A DNA stretch of 32,850 bases, taken from IMG/VR virus record IMGVR_UViG_3300048576_000617, positions 1 through 32,850 of that record. One strand, 5' to 3'. Each line of letters opens with the position of its first letter. Position 1 is the first letter of the stretch. The DNA comes from a virus (lineage: Duplodnaviria > Caudoviricetes). This document shows positions 1 to 7,995 of the stretch, piece by piece. The notes under the pieces were generated by a model. It searched no databases. It was not told where the DNA came from and saw nothing but the letters and a program-made list of their open reading frames with translations. The position numbers and the translations under genes were made by a program.

Positions 1-360
1 ATGGACACACTCAAAGCACCAAAAAAGCCAGCCCAAAAGGACTGGCACTGGGAAGACATCAAGGCGGCACTGCGCAAGGTTGAGGGCAGCTTTGACGCCT
101 TTGCAGCGAAGCACAACCTGAGCCGGAGCGCGGTAACCAACGTAAAGCGCCGCCGCTACCCGCATGTTCAGCGCCTGATCGCCGAAGCGATCGGAACCCC
201 ACCCGAACACATCTGGCCGAGCCGCTACACCGCCTGCAATTGTAGTGCGTGCGGCAGCGTTCTGACACATCCGAGCATGGAACGGTCTGGTGGCTGTAGG
301 TCATTCCGGAAATCCGTTGCTGAAGTTGGTGACGCCAGTCTGGACCGGGCTGCGGCCTGA
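1..360 (+). CDS. ner: Ner/Nlp-family DNA-binding repressor
   Basis: DWHWEDIKAALRK...RYPHVQRLIAEAIGTPPEHIWPSRY matches the Mu Ner signature; first gene of the early operon. Confidence 0.92.
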   Translation: MDTLKAPKKPAQKDWHWEDIKAALRKVEGSFDAFAAKHNLSRSAVTNVKRRRYPHVQRLIAEAIGTPPEHIWPSRYTACNCSACGSVLTHPSMERSGGCRSFRKSVAEVGDASLDRAAA

Positions 361-405
361 GCGCCAGTTCGGCGATTGGAAGCGTCAGAACAAGGAGAGA
401 TCCAG

Positions 406-699
406 ATGGAAGCCGTTCAGAGGAAGTCCCCGGAACCGATGGGTTCCAACAGAACCGAGAGCACCCGCTCCAGCGTCCTGCGGGTGCGCTACACGGTCAC
501 CTACAAGAAAGAGCCGCTGGCCTGCATGAACCTGCCCGGCGAGGATGCCGAGCTGACCCCGGAAGCACTGCGCTCGCTCGCCGCCGCGCTCCTCCAGGTT
601 GCCGACGACTGCGAAGCGCTGCATGCGCAGGTCGTCCGCTACGGCTCGACGAAGCGGGAGTATGTCGTGTCTCCCGCCATCTCCTGCAGGTGCCTGTGA
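406..699 (+). CDS. hypothetical early phage protein
   Basis: AAGGAG at 392-397 precedes ATG 406; stop overlaps next start (TGATG). Confidence 0.7.
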   Translation: MEAVQRKSPEPMGSNRTESTRSSVLRVRYTVTYKKEPLACMNLPGEDAELTPEALRSLAAALLQVADDCEALHAQVVRYGSTKREYVVSPAISCRCL

Positions 700-1178
700 T
701 GGTCGCGAGAACCTGGAAACCGATTCGGCCGGCGCACTCGATCGGCCACGCGAACGAGCTGTGCCTGGGCGAGGCGCTCAAACGCCGCAACCGCGGCATC
801 AAGACGGTGGCCGGTCTGATGGGCGTCAAGCAGGACACCCTCTACAAATGGCTGGCCGAGGACCGCACGCCGGTCTGCGCCGTGGCGCCCTTCGAGAACG
901 CCTGCGGCGCGCACTACCTGACGGACTACCTGTCCGCCCAAGCTGGGCGCCTGGTCGTCGCGATGCCGTCGGGCCGCGCCACCACCATGGACCTCGCCGC
1001 CCTGCAGGTGCTCAACGGCGAAGTTTTGACGCTACTGATGCGCTGCTACCAGAAGCAATCCACCCCGCAGGAGACCGCCGATGCGCTGACGGGCCTGATC
1101 TGCGAGCTGGCGTTTCACCGGGCGAATGTGGCGCGGATGGATGCGCCGGAACTGGACCTGTTCGGGAGTGAAGAATGA
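699..1178 (+). CDS. putative HTH regulatory protein (CII-like early protein)
   Basis: IKTVAGLMGVKQDTLYKWLAE is HTH-like; coupled to the upstream stop; phage-like codon use. Confidence 0.75.
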   Translation: MVARTWKPIRPAHSIGHANELCLGEALKRRNRGIKTVAGLMGVKQDTLYKWLAEDRTPVCAVAPFENACGAHYLTDYLSAQAGRLVVAMPSGRATTMDLAALQVLNGEVLTLLMRCYQKQSTPQETADALTGLICELAFHRANVARMDAPELDLFGSEE

Positions 1179-1651
1179 ACTCACCCCAGAGTAACTACGG
1201 CTGCTTTATGAAGAAGAAGCAGAATGCAATGAACAGTGCTGCGTGCAGCAGCATCGTGGCGCCGAATCCACTCAGCGGCTCTGAACTATGTGCGCTAAAG
1301 CCGACAGTCCAAGTATCAAGCAAGGCGATCGCCAGACACAGCGCCGGCATGATCCTCTTGGACATGATCCGTATCCATGGCTGGAGGTTTTGGGCGTTTT
1401 CGGCCTTGTCTTCCTTCGCCGGAATGATCCCTACGTTCTTCGGGGATGAGTCGCGTGTTTTGACTTGCGCAGCTTTCAGCGTGATTAACGCTGCAGCGAT
1501 CGTTGAAATGGCTGTTGCTAATCTGGCGGTGAAGTCTAACCAGTCCATGAGAGTTTCTCCTGTGTCGGTAGGTGGTCAGCAGATTGGATGCCTGCACAGC
1601 CATTCTACGGCGGGAGAATCTCTCACCCCTTCGGGTGGAGGTCGGCGATGA
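1175..1651 (+). CDS. possible sense ORF bridging the early operon, antiparallel to 1195-1548
   Basis: starts in ATGA overlap with the upstream stop (1175-1178) and ends in ATGA overlap with the transposase start (1648-1651); no recognisable family. Confidence 0.35.
   Translation: MNSPQSNYGCFMKKKQNAMNSAACSSIVAPNPLSGSELCALKPTVQVSSKAIARHSAGMILLDMIRIHGWRFWAFSALSSFAGMIPTFFGDESRVLTCAAFSVINAAAIVEMAVANLAVKSNQSMRVSPVSVGGQQIGCLHSHSTAGESLTPSGGGRR
1195..1548 (-). CDS. antisense small membrane protein, about 3 hydrophobic segments (moron-like)
   Basis: minus strand reads ACAGGAGAAACTCTC-ATG (good SD); TAGAAT -10-like hexamer at 1602-1607; hydrophobic segments; locally lower GC. Confidence 0.7.
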   Translation of the reverse strand: MDWLDFTARLATAISTIAAALITLKAAQVKTRDSSPKNVGIIPAKEDKAENAQNLQPWIRIMSKRIMPALCLAIALLDTWTVGFSAHSSEPLSGFGATMLLHAALFIAFCFFFIKQP

Positions 1652-3702
1652 GCGCCGGAATGTGGGTCTCCGCCCAGCAACTGGCAGGCCTTCCGGGCAT
1701 GCCGAAGACCGATCGCGGTGTGCGCATCGCCGCCGCATCGGAATGCTGGGAGTCCCGCGACAAGGCTCGCGGGAAGGGACTTGAATACGCAGTAGGCGGC
1801 CTGCCTGCAGAGACGAGAAAGGCTCTGCAGGCAGCGAAGATCCAGGGGGCCTTGACTGAAGCGGGAACAGAAGCCGTGGCCGCTCCTATCTCGGTGGTCG
1901 TCCGCCGGGAAGAGGATCTGACCGACGCTGAGCGCTTGGCCCGCGATGCGCGCAATGGCGTCAAAACCGCGATCCGACGCATGCAGGAGGAGTCGGGGTG
2001 TTCGCAGTCCGCCGCGATGACGACCTTGCTGACCGTTGCCCGCGCCGGGCGCGTTGAACCGACGCTCGACAAGATGCTGCGCCTGGCGCGCGACACTCGC
2101 GGCCGCGCGGGGGATGGGTATCCCTCCGAGCGCACGCTCAAGCGCTGGCTCTCCGCCTCCGATCTGACACCCAAGCATCCCCGCAAGGATGATTCGGTGC
2201 CCGCTTGGGCGCCGTCCTTCCTGTCTTTCTGGCAGCAGCCGCAGAAGCCCTCGGTCGAGGACGCCTATCGCCGCTTCGTTGAGACGCTGCCGTCAAACGA
2301 GCGCCCGAGCATTCACCAGGTGCGCCGTTTTTTGACGCGGCTGGGCGCGGTGACCCGCGAGCGCGGCCGGATGGGGCCGAGAGAGCTGAAGAACATCAGG
2401 CCCTTCGTTCGCCGCGACTTCTCGCTGCTGGAACCCAACGATGTTTGGACGGCCGACGGCCATACCTTCGATGCCGAAGTTCAGCACCCATTTCACGGAC
2501 GGCCTTTCCGGCCGGAGATCACGACCTTCATCGACATTGCCACTCGGCGCGCTGTCGGCTGGAGCGTGGATCTGGCGGAATCGACTTTCGCGGTCGCCGA
2601 TGCGCTGCGCTACGGCGTCGAGCGCGAGGGAATCCCGGCCCTGATCTACGTCGACAACGGCTCGGGCTACCGGAATGCGGCCATGAGCGATGAGGCCACG
2701 GGCCTTGTCGGGCGGATCGGCAGCACGATCACGCACTCGATCCCCTACAACTCGCAAGCGCGCGGCGTCATCGAACGCTCGCACCAAACGATCTGGATCG
2801 CTGGCGCGAAGCTGCTGCCGTCCTTCATCGGTGCCGCGATGGACCGTGAAGCGCGCTTGCAGCAATTCAAGCTGACGCGCCGCGCGCTCAAGCAAGGCGG
2901 CGCGATGCCCCTGATGCCCTGGGATTTGTTCGTTCAGTTCGCCGAGCAGCGCATCGCTGAATACAACGCCCGGCCGCACCGCAGCCTGAAAGGGCTCTCG
3001 CCGGACATGTGCCTGGCCGGATTCAAGGCCCGGGACTGGAAACCGGACATGGTTTCCGAGGAGATGCTGAAGACGCTGTTCCGACCACGCGTCAAACGCA
3101 CGCTGGCCCGCGCGGAGATCCAGCTCTTCAACAACCGCTACTACGCCCGCGAGCTGGAAGAGTTCCACGGCAGCGAAGTGCACATCTCCTACGACATCCA
3201 CGACGCGTCAAAAATCTGGGTGTACCTGCCCGACGGCCGACTGCTGGCAACAGCCGAAGTCAATGGCAACCGGAAGCACTACTTCCCGGTCCCGGTCGTC
3301 GAGCAGGCCAAGCAGAAACGCGCCAAGGCGCGTCTGGGCCGCATCGACGAACACCGCGAGGAAGTGCTGGCCGAGCTGAACGGCTCTCCGGCGATCTCTG
3401 TCGGGCAAACCAGCACGGTCGTGATCGGTGGCCGGGTCATTCAGCCCGAGGAAATGCTCGCCGCCCAGCCCGTGCTGGTCGAAGACTCAGCCGAAATCCT
3501 GCCGAAGGCGATCCCGACTCTCCTGCGCAAATCGCCTGAAGTGCCGCGCAGCAGCCGGTCGGCCGCGGAGAACCACTCTGAGTGGGCCGAGCTGTCCGCT
3601 GCCGCAGAACGCGGCGAGGTGCTCTCGACCCAGGACGCCCGCTTCCTTGAGTCCTGGCCGAAGTCGAGCCAGGGCCGGACCTACCTGAAACGCACCGCTT
3701 AA
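1648..3702 (+). CDS. A: Mu A-like DDE transposase
   Basis: GGAGG before ATG 1648; N-terminal Mu DNA-binding domain (LAGLPGMPKT..GV...W); catalytic motifs WTADGHTFD, YVDNGSGY, SQARGVIER. Confidence 0.97.
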   Translation: MSAGMWVSAQQLAGLPGMPKTDRGVRIAAASECWESRDKARGKGLEYAVGGLPAETRKALQAAKIQGALTEAGTEAVAAPISVVVRREEDLTDAERLARDARNGVKTAIRRMQEESGCSQSAAMTTLLTVARAGRVEPTLDKMLRLARDTRGRAGDGYPSERTLKRWLSASDLTPKHPRKDDSVPAWAPSFLSFWQQPQKPSVEDAYRRFVETLPSNERPSIHQVRRFLTRLGAVTRERGRMGPRELKNIRPFVRRDFSLLEPNDVWTADGHTFDAEVQHPFHGRPFRPEITTFIDIATRRAVGWSVDLAESTFAVADALRYGVEREGIPALIYVDNGSGYRNAAMSDEATGLVGRIGSTITHSIPYNSQARGVIERSHQTIWIAGAKLLPSFIGAAMDREARLQQFKLTRRALKQGGAMPLMPWDLFVQFAEQRIAEYNARPHRSLKGLSPDMCLAGFKARDWKPDMVSEEMLKTLFRPRVKRTLARAEIQLFNNRYYARELEEFHGSEVHISYDIHDASKIWVYLPDGRLLATAEVNGNRKHYFPVPVVEQAKQKRAKARLGRIDEHREEVLAELNGSPAISVGQTSTVVIGGRVIQPEEMLAAQPVLVEDSAEILPKAIPTLLRKSPEVPRSSRSAAENHSEWAELSAAAERGEVLSTQDARFLESWPKSSQGRTYLKRTA

Positions 3703-3704
3703 CG

Positions 3705-3731
3705 AAAAAGGCCGGCGTTAGAGCGCCGGCC
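3705..3731 (-). terminator. intrinsic terminator-like hairpin oriented for minus-strand transcripts
   Basis: AAAAA-GGCCGGCG-ttagag-CGCCGGCC: perfect 8-bp stem with a U-run only on the minus strand. Confidence 0.5.
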
Positions 3732-3769
3732 GCCCAGCAACTTTCCACGGAAGCAAAGGCAGTAGAAAA

Positions 3770-4486
3770 ATGACACGAAACGCTGAGATCCACAACCTTT
3801 CGCTGGTCCGCACCGCAGCCGACCGCCTCGCAACGCGCACGGTGAGCCTGCCCGGCATCGCCGTGCTGTATGGCCCAGCCGGCTACGGAAAGTCGACGGC
3901 CGCGCTGGCCGTGGCGAACGAAAACCGGAGCTACTTCGTGCAGATGCGCTCCGCCTGGAGCCGCAAGTCAATGCTCGAGAAGATCCTGATCGAGATGAGC
4001 ATCAAAGCCTCCGGGACGATCCCGGCGCTGCTCGACCAGGTGTGCACCCAGCTCGCGGCCAGCGGCCGGATGTTGATCATCGACGAGTTCGACTACTGCG
4101 TGAAGTCGGACGCGATGATCGAGCTGGTGCGTGACATTTACGAGGGCAGCCAGGCGACGCTTCTGCTCCTGGGCGAAGAGATGCTGCCGCAGAAGCTCAA
4201 GAAGTGGGAGCGCTTCCATAGCCGAGTTCTGAGCTGGATCCCGGCTCAACCGATCAGCATCGCCGACGCTCGGATGCTGGCTCCGATCTACTGCCCCGAC
4301 TGCTCCGTCTCGGACGATCTGCTCGAACACCTGGTCAAGATCTCCGGCGGCAGCGTGCGCCGCGTCAGCGTCAATCTGGCCGGGATCTCCGAGGCCGCAG
4401 CGCTCGAAGGCTGGGATCGCGTCTCCCGCAGTGACTGGGGAGACCGTCCGCTCTACACCGGCGAAGCGCCGCGCCGGGGGGCTTGA
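3770..4486 (+). CDS. B: Mu B-like AAA+ transposition/target-capture ATPase
   Basis: Walker A GPAGYGKS, Walker B MLIIDEFD; directly follows the transposase. Confidence 0.93.
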   Translation: MTRNAEIHNLSLVRTAADRLATRTVSLPGIAVLYGPAGYGKSTAALAVANENRSYFVQMRSAWSRKSMLEKILIEMSIKASGTIPALLDQVCTQLAASGRMLIIDEFDYCVKSDAMIELVRDIYEGSQATLLLLGEEMLPQKLKKWERFHSRVLSWIPAQPISIADARMLAPIYCPDCSVSDDLLEHLVKISGGSVRRVSVNLAGISEAAALEGWDRVSRSDWGDRPLYTGEAPRRGA

Positions 4487-4487
4487 G

Positions 4488-5150
4488 ATGCCAAGGGAGT
4501 CCGCCATCGAGCTGGCAAACGGAAAAGGCAAGCGTCAGCGCGCCTGGGAGGCGATCCGCGCGAAAAAGGGGGGCGAATGGACGCGCACCATGATCGCCCG
4601 AGATGCCTGCATCGAGCTCTCTGGCTTCGATTGCTACCTGAAGGGGCTGGTCGCGTCCGGGACTGTCCGTGTCTCCCGGACGGAGAAGGTTCAGGGCAAC
4701 GGTGGAGCCGCCGCGCTGACCAACTGGCATGTGTTGGTCAAGGATTGTGGCGTCGAGGCTCCGCGCCTGCGCCAGGACGGATCGGAAGTAACCATTGGGC
4801 GCGCCCAGGAGCAGATGTGGCGTGCGCTGCGAATGCTCAAGGGCGATACCAACAGCGTAGAGCTGGCCGCCCATGCCAGCACGGCCGAGATCCCGGTCGC
4901 AGTGGCGGCGGCAAGGTTCTACCTCTTCGCGCTCAACCGGGCCGGATACCTTGAAGTGACGGAGCCTTGCTGCAAGCGTGCGACCGCGACGCAGCGGGCG
5001 AAACTGGCCCGGTACCGTCTGAAAGCCTCGCGCAACACGGGACCGAAGCCGCCAATGCTCTGCCGAACCTCGGCGGTTTTTGACGCCAACGAGAACAGGG
5101 TTGTCTGGACCGCGCCTATGACCGAGGAGGACGTGATCTATGCACGCTGA
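4488..5150 (+). CDS. putative DNA-binding protein (two winged-helix-like halves)
   Basis: QRAWEAIR and QEQMWRALR repeated pattern, RNTGPKPP motif; position after B as in Mu-like phages. Confidence 0.75.
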   Translation: MPRESAIELANGKGKRQRAWEAIRAKKGGEWTRTMIARDACIELSGFDCYLKGLVASGTVRVSRTEKVQGNGGAAALTNWHVLVKDCGVEAPRLRQDGSEVTIGRAQEQMWRALRMLKGDTNSVELAAHASTAEIPVAVAAARFYLFALNRAGYLEVTEPCCKRATATQRAKLARYRLKASRNTGPKPPMLCRTSAVFDANENRVVWTAPMTEEDVIYAR

Positions 5151-5499
5151 TCAACGTCTAGCTCCCTCTGATATTGAGCGGGCTCGCAGCATCGCTGCGG
5201 CGGCAGTTCACAACGATCCGCGAGGCTGTGCTGGCGTCGCTGATCGCTGCGGCGCCACACGGTCGGCAATCTCGATGTTCAGCCGCGGGAAGTACCCAGC
5301 CGGCGAGCAGCACCTGGCTCGCCAGATTCTGATCGCTCTGGACGGCTGGACCTGCCCCTACACCCAGGCCCACATCACGCCGCAGGACTGCCGCGCAATC
5401 GCCCTTGCTCCGGCTCCCACACACAACCCGGCCCGGATGACGCACTGGAGGGCATGTCTGCATTGCCCTGGTCGTCCGGAGCCCCTGAAGGAGGACTGA
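5140..5499 (+). CDS. HTH protein with C-terminal Cys cluster
   Basis: VADRCGATRSAISMFSRGKYP HTH; CPY..C...C-x2-C tail; GAGGA SD upstream. Confidence 0.75.
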   Translation: MHADQRLAPSDIERARSIAAAAVHNDPRGCAGVADRCGATRSAISMFSRGKYPAGEQHLARQILIALDGWTCPYTQAHITPQDCRAIALAPAPTHNPARMTHWRACLHCPGRPEPLKED

Positions 5500-5500
5500 G

Positions 5501-5782
5501 ATGCAATCGAACCTGACTCCGCGTGTTTTCTATGAGGTTGCAGTCATACGCCTCTGTCGCCAGAACCGGTTGCTGCGTGAGCTCAGAGGCATGGGCTGTT
5601 CGGTCATTGGCGCGAAGCTCGATTCGGATCTGACGCTCGAAGTCGCTCCGGCTGCGGGCCAGATCCTGCGCCGCTCCGCAGCGCACGGAGGAATCTTGAT
5701 GCAACGCATCGATGCCGACCGGCACCTCGCCAGCGTGTCTCTGCGGGGATGCCGTGTGCAGTGGGTGGAGTTCGCACGATGA
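5501..5782 (+). CDS. hypothetical phage protein
   Basis: AGGAGGA SD before ATG 5501; stop overlaps next start. Confidence 0.7.
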   Translation: MQSNLTPRVFYEVAVIRLCRQNRLLRELRGMGCSVIGAKLDSDLTLEVAPAAGQILRRSAAHGGILMQRIDADRHLASVSLRGCRVQWVEFAR

Positions 5783-6534
5783 GCTCGATCAAGCGCGACT
5801 CCACCCGCGGTCAGATTCTGATGGCTCTGCGTGCAGGCCCGATGGACTCCGAGCAAGCAAGGCTCCGCTGGGGCAACTACAGCGGGAACGATTTCACCGC
5901 TCTGGTCGCCGAGGGGTTTGTGCGGCGCACTCCTGGCGGCTCGTATCTGATCACCGACGAGGGGCTGAAGGTTTGCCCGAATCGTCGCAAGTCCGAATCA
6001 ACATCCTCAAAACCAACCACGAAGGAGAACTGCGTGATGGCACGCGTGCGAGTCCCTGGCAACACCCTGCAATCCTGGTCCGATGTCGATCAGGCTCTGT
6101 CGAAAATTGGTGAGATCGATCGCGAGCTGGCTCTGCTGGAAGCGAGCCAGCAAGAACAGATCGACCGGATCAAGGCAAGCATTAAGGCCTGCGCAGAGCC
6201 GTTCCAAAGCAAGAAAGCGGTTCTGGAGCAATCGGTTCAGCTCTACGCAGAGAACAACCAGGCCGAGTTCCGGACCAGCAAAACCAAGGTTCTGACCTTC
6301 GGCTCGGTCGGTTTCCGCCTCTCGACCAAGGTCACCTTCAAGCGCGGCGTCGACGTTGTCCAGGCGCTCAAGGATTTGGGCCTGGCGCACTGCATCCGCG
6401 TCAAGGAAGAGGCTGACAAGGAGGCGATGAAGAACCTGCCGGCCGAGACGCTGGCCGAGTGCGGCGCGAGCCTGCGCACCGAAGACACCTTCGGCTACGA
6501 GATCAACCGTGAAAAGCTCGCGGAGGCGGCATGA
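5779..6534 (+). CDS. winged-helix-like domain reading in frame into Gam (251 aa)
   Basis: ATGA coupling at 5779; RGQILMALR...FTALVAEGFVRRTPGGSYLITDEG wHTH pattern; no stop before the Gam start. Confidence 0.55.
   Translation: MSSIKRDSTRGQILMALRAGPMDSEQARLRWGNYSGNDFTALVAEGFVRRTPGGSYLITDEGLKVCPNRRKSESTSSKPTTKENCVMARVRVPGNTLQSWSDVDQALSKIGEIDRELALLEASQQEQIDRIKASIKACAEPFQSKKAVLEQSVQLYAENNQAEFRTSKTKVLTFGSVGFRLSTKVTFKRGVDVVQALKDLGLAHCIRVKEEADKEAMKNLPAETLAECGASLRTEDTFGYEINREKLAEAA
6037..6534 (+). CDS. gam: Mu Gam-like host-nuclease inhibitor (DNA end-binding)
   Basis: AAGGAG 6022-6027 before ATG 6037; IGEIDRELALLEA, KTKVLTFGSVGFR, LKDLGLAHCIRVKEEADKEA align by eye with Mu Gam. Confidence 0.9.
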   Translation: MARVRVPGNTLQSWSDVDQALSKIGEIDRELALLEASQQEQIDRIKASIKACAEPFQSKKAVLEQSVQLYAENNQAEFRTSKTKVLTFGSVGFRLSTKVTFKRGVDVVQALKDLGLAHCIRVKEEADKEAMKNLPAETLAECGASLRTEDTFGYEINREKLAEAA

Positions 6535-6872
6535 ACTCCCGCCTTGTTGTAACGCGCGGCCGCAATGGCACCACGGTGCGGGCGACCGGAGCCGCTGCTG
6601 ATCTGCTCTTCGCTGCGATCGCGAGAAGCGTTGGGCGTGAAGTGGCGAAACCCGAGCCGTCTGGCCTTCGCGTGGATGTATCCATCCAGCCCAAGCACCG
6701 ACTGAGTTTCTTCGAATACCTGGAGCAGGTGCGCGTCGAGCTGGTGAGAACACATCGTCTCCGTCTCGACGTCGCAAACGCGAGGATGGACCGCGATCTC
6801 AATGGGATCCGCGACGGATTTCAGACGGAAGTCCCGGCGCACTTCATCGCGGCCGCGATCGCACAGGACTGA
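6531..6872 (+). CDS. hypothetical phage protein
   Basis: GGAGG SD and ATGA overlap with the gam stop. Confidence 0.6.
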   Translation: MNSRLVVTRGRNGTTVRATGAAADLLFAAIARSVGREVAKPEPSGLRVDVSIQPKHRLSFFEYLEQVRVELVRTHRLRLDVANARMDRDLNGIRDGFQTEVPAHFIAAAIAQD

Positions 6873-6945
6873 GCCGCCTGGCTCGATGGCCCCGCGTCAA
6901 AACGGGGTCATCCGACAAGGCGACTTGACCATGAAGGAGACCCTG

Positions 6946-7368
6946 ATGGCTTTGAGCAAGGAAGAGTGGGCTGGCGTTGAGAAGACCCTGTCCGGATTTG
7001 GAAGCGTCCGACTGACCTGCGATGGATACAGGGTGGATGCGACCGTCGAGAAAGTCTCCGCGATGAAGCTGGGAATCGTCGTCTATGTCAATGGCTTGTG
7101 GAAGGGAGCATGGATGAGGGGCGAAGCCGAAGAGGCCAAGAAGTTCTTCCGGCCGGTAAAACGTTTCCTGCATACGCCCAAGCAGCGGGAAGAACTCTTG
7201 AAGCTCTCGCGCATGCGCGGAATGCCTGTCCAGGATCGAAAGCATTTTGCTGACAGAGCGGTTGCTACGACGACGATTTGGCATCCCGACTGGACCAACG
7301 CGAAGGCCTTCTGCCGGAACCTGCGCAAGACCTGCCAGAGCATTGAGTTGTGCCAGGGGGAAGCCTGA
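6946..7368 (+). CDS. hypothetical phage protein
   Basis: AAGGAG 6934-6939 before ATG 6946; protein-like composition (CDGY...VYVNG). Confidence 0.75.
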   Translation: MALSKEEWAGVEKTLSGFGSVRLTCDGYRVDATVEKVSAMKLGIVVYVNGLWKGAWMRGEAEEAKKFFRPVKRFLHTPKQREELLKLSRMRGMPVQDRKHFADRAVATTTIWHPDWTNAKAFCRNLRKTCQSIELCQGEA

Positions 7369-7369
7369 G

Positions 7370-7981
7370 ATGGCCTCCGTCGCCGCGCAACTCGCAGCCC
7401 GTCGCCGGGCGATCTTCGCGGCCTGTCGGCAGCTTGGCATGGACGATGAAACCCGTCACGCCATGCTACGAAAGGTTGCCGGCGTCGAATCGACGCGGGA
7501 TCTCGATTTGAGGGGATGCGCGTCCGTGCTGGAGCACCTGCGCCGTGCGGGGGCTGCCCGTTCGCCCAAGGCGAAGGGCGTCGGCGAGTATCCCGGCACC
7601 CCGACGAAAGTTCGCCGAGAAACTGGTGCGCTGATCGACAAAATCGAAGCGCAGCTTGCCGACATGAAGCTCTCATGGAACTACGGCGTGGCGATTCTTC
7701 GGCGCGTCTCTGGGGGCTGGCAGAAGGAAGGCCAGCTCGGCAAGGAATGCTTCGAGTTCGCGACGCGCGAGGATCTGATGAAGGTCGTCGCGGCGCTCGC
7801 CTATGAGCTGAAAAAGCGCGCAATGCTGGAAGAGGTTTCCTGCCTGCTCGCCGATCGCGGTCTGACCCTGGACGATGCACCGAAGCTTTTGCCCGGTCTT
7901 CGCGATGGCTGGCAGCGCAGCACCCCCTCGCTTCGCGCCCTGCGGGTTCGCCTGCAGCCGATGCCAGCAAAGCCGATCTGA
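7370..7981 (+). CDS. gemA: Mu GemA (gp16)-like regulatory protein
   Basis: IFAACRQLGMDDETRHAMLRKVAGVESTRDL...VLEHL signature; sits immediately before mor. Confidence 0.88.
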   Translation: MASVAAQLAARRRAIFAACRQLGMDDETRHAMLRKVAGVESTRDLDLRGCASVLEHLRRAGAARSPKAKGVGEYPGTPTKVRRETGALIDKIEAQLADMKLSWNYGVAILRRVSGGWQKEGQLGKECFEFATREDLMKVVAALAYELKKRAMLEEVSCLLADRGLTLDDAPKLLPGLRDGWQRSTPSLRALRVRLQPMPAKPI

Positions 7982-7995
7982 CACGGAGGATTGCA

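Noticed and set aside
4563-4576. AAAAAGGGGGGCGA slippery-looking run
   Set aside because: The gene is intact in frame 0 and the alternative frames give no recognisable protein
6873-6910. Short hairpins after 6872
   Set aside because: Weak stems with no U-tract; expected by chance at this GC content
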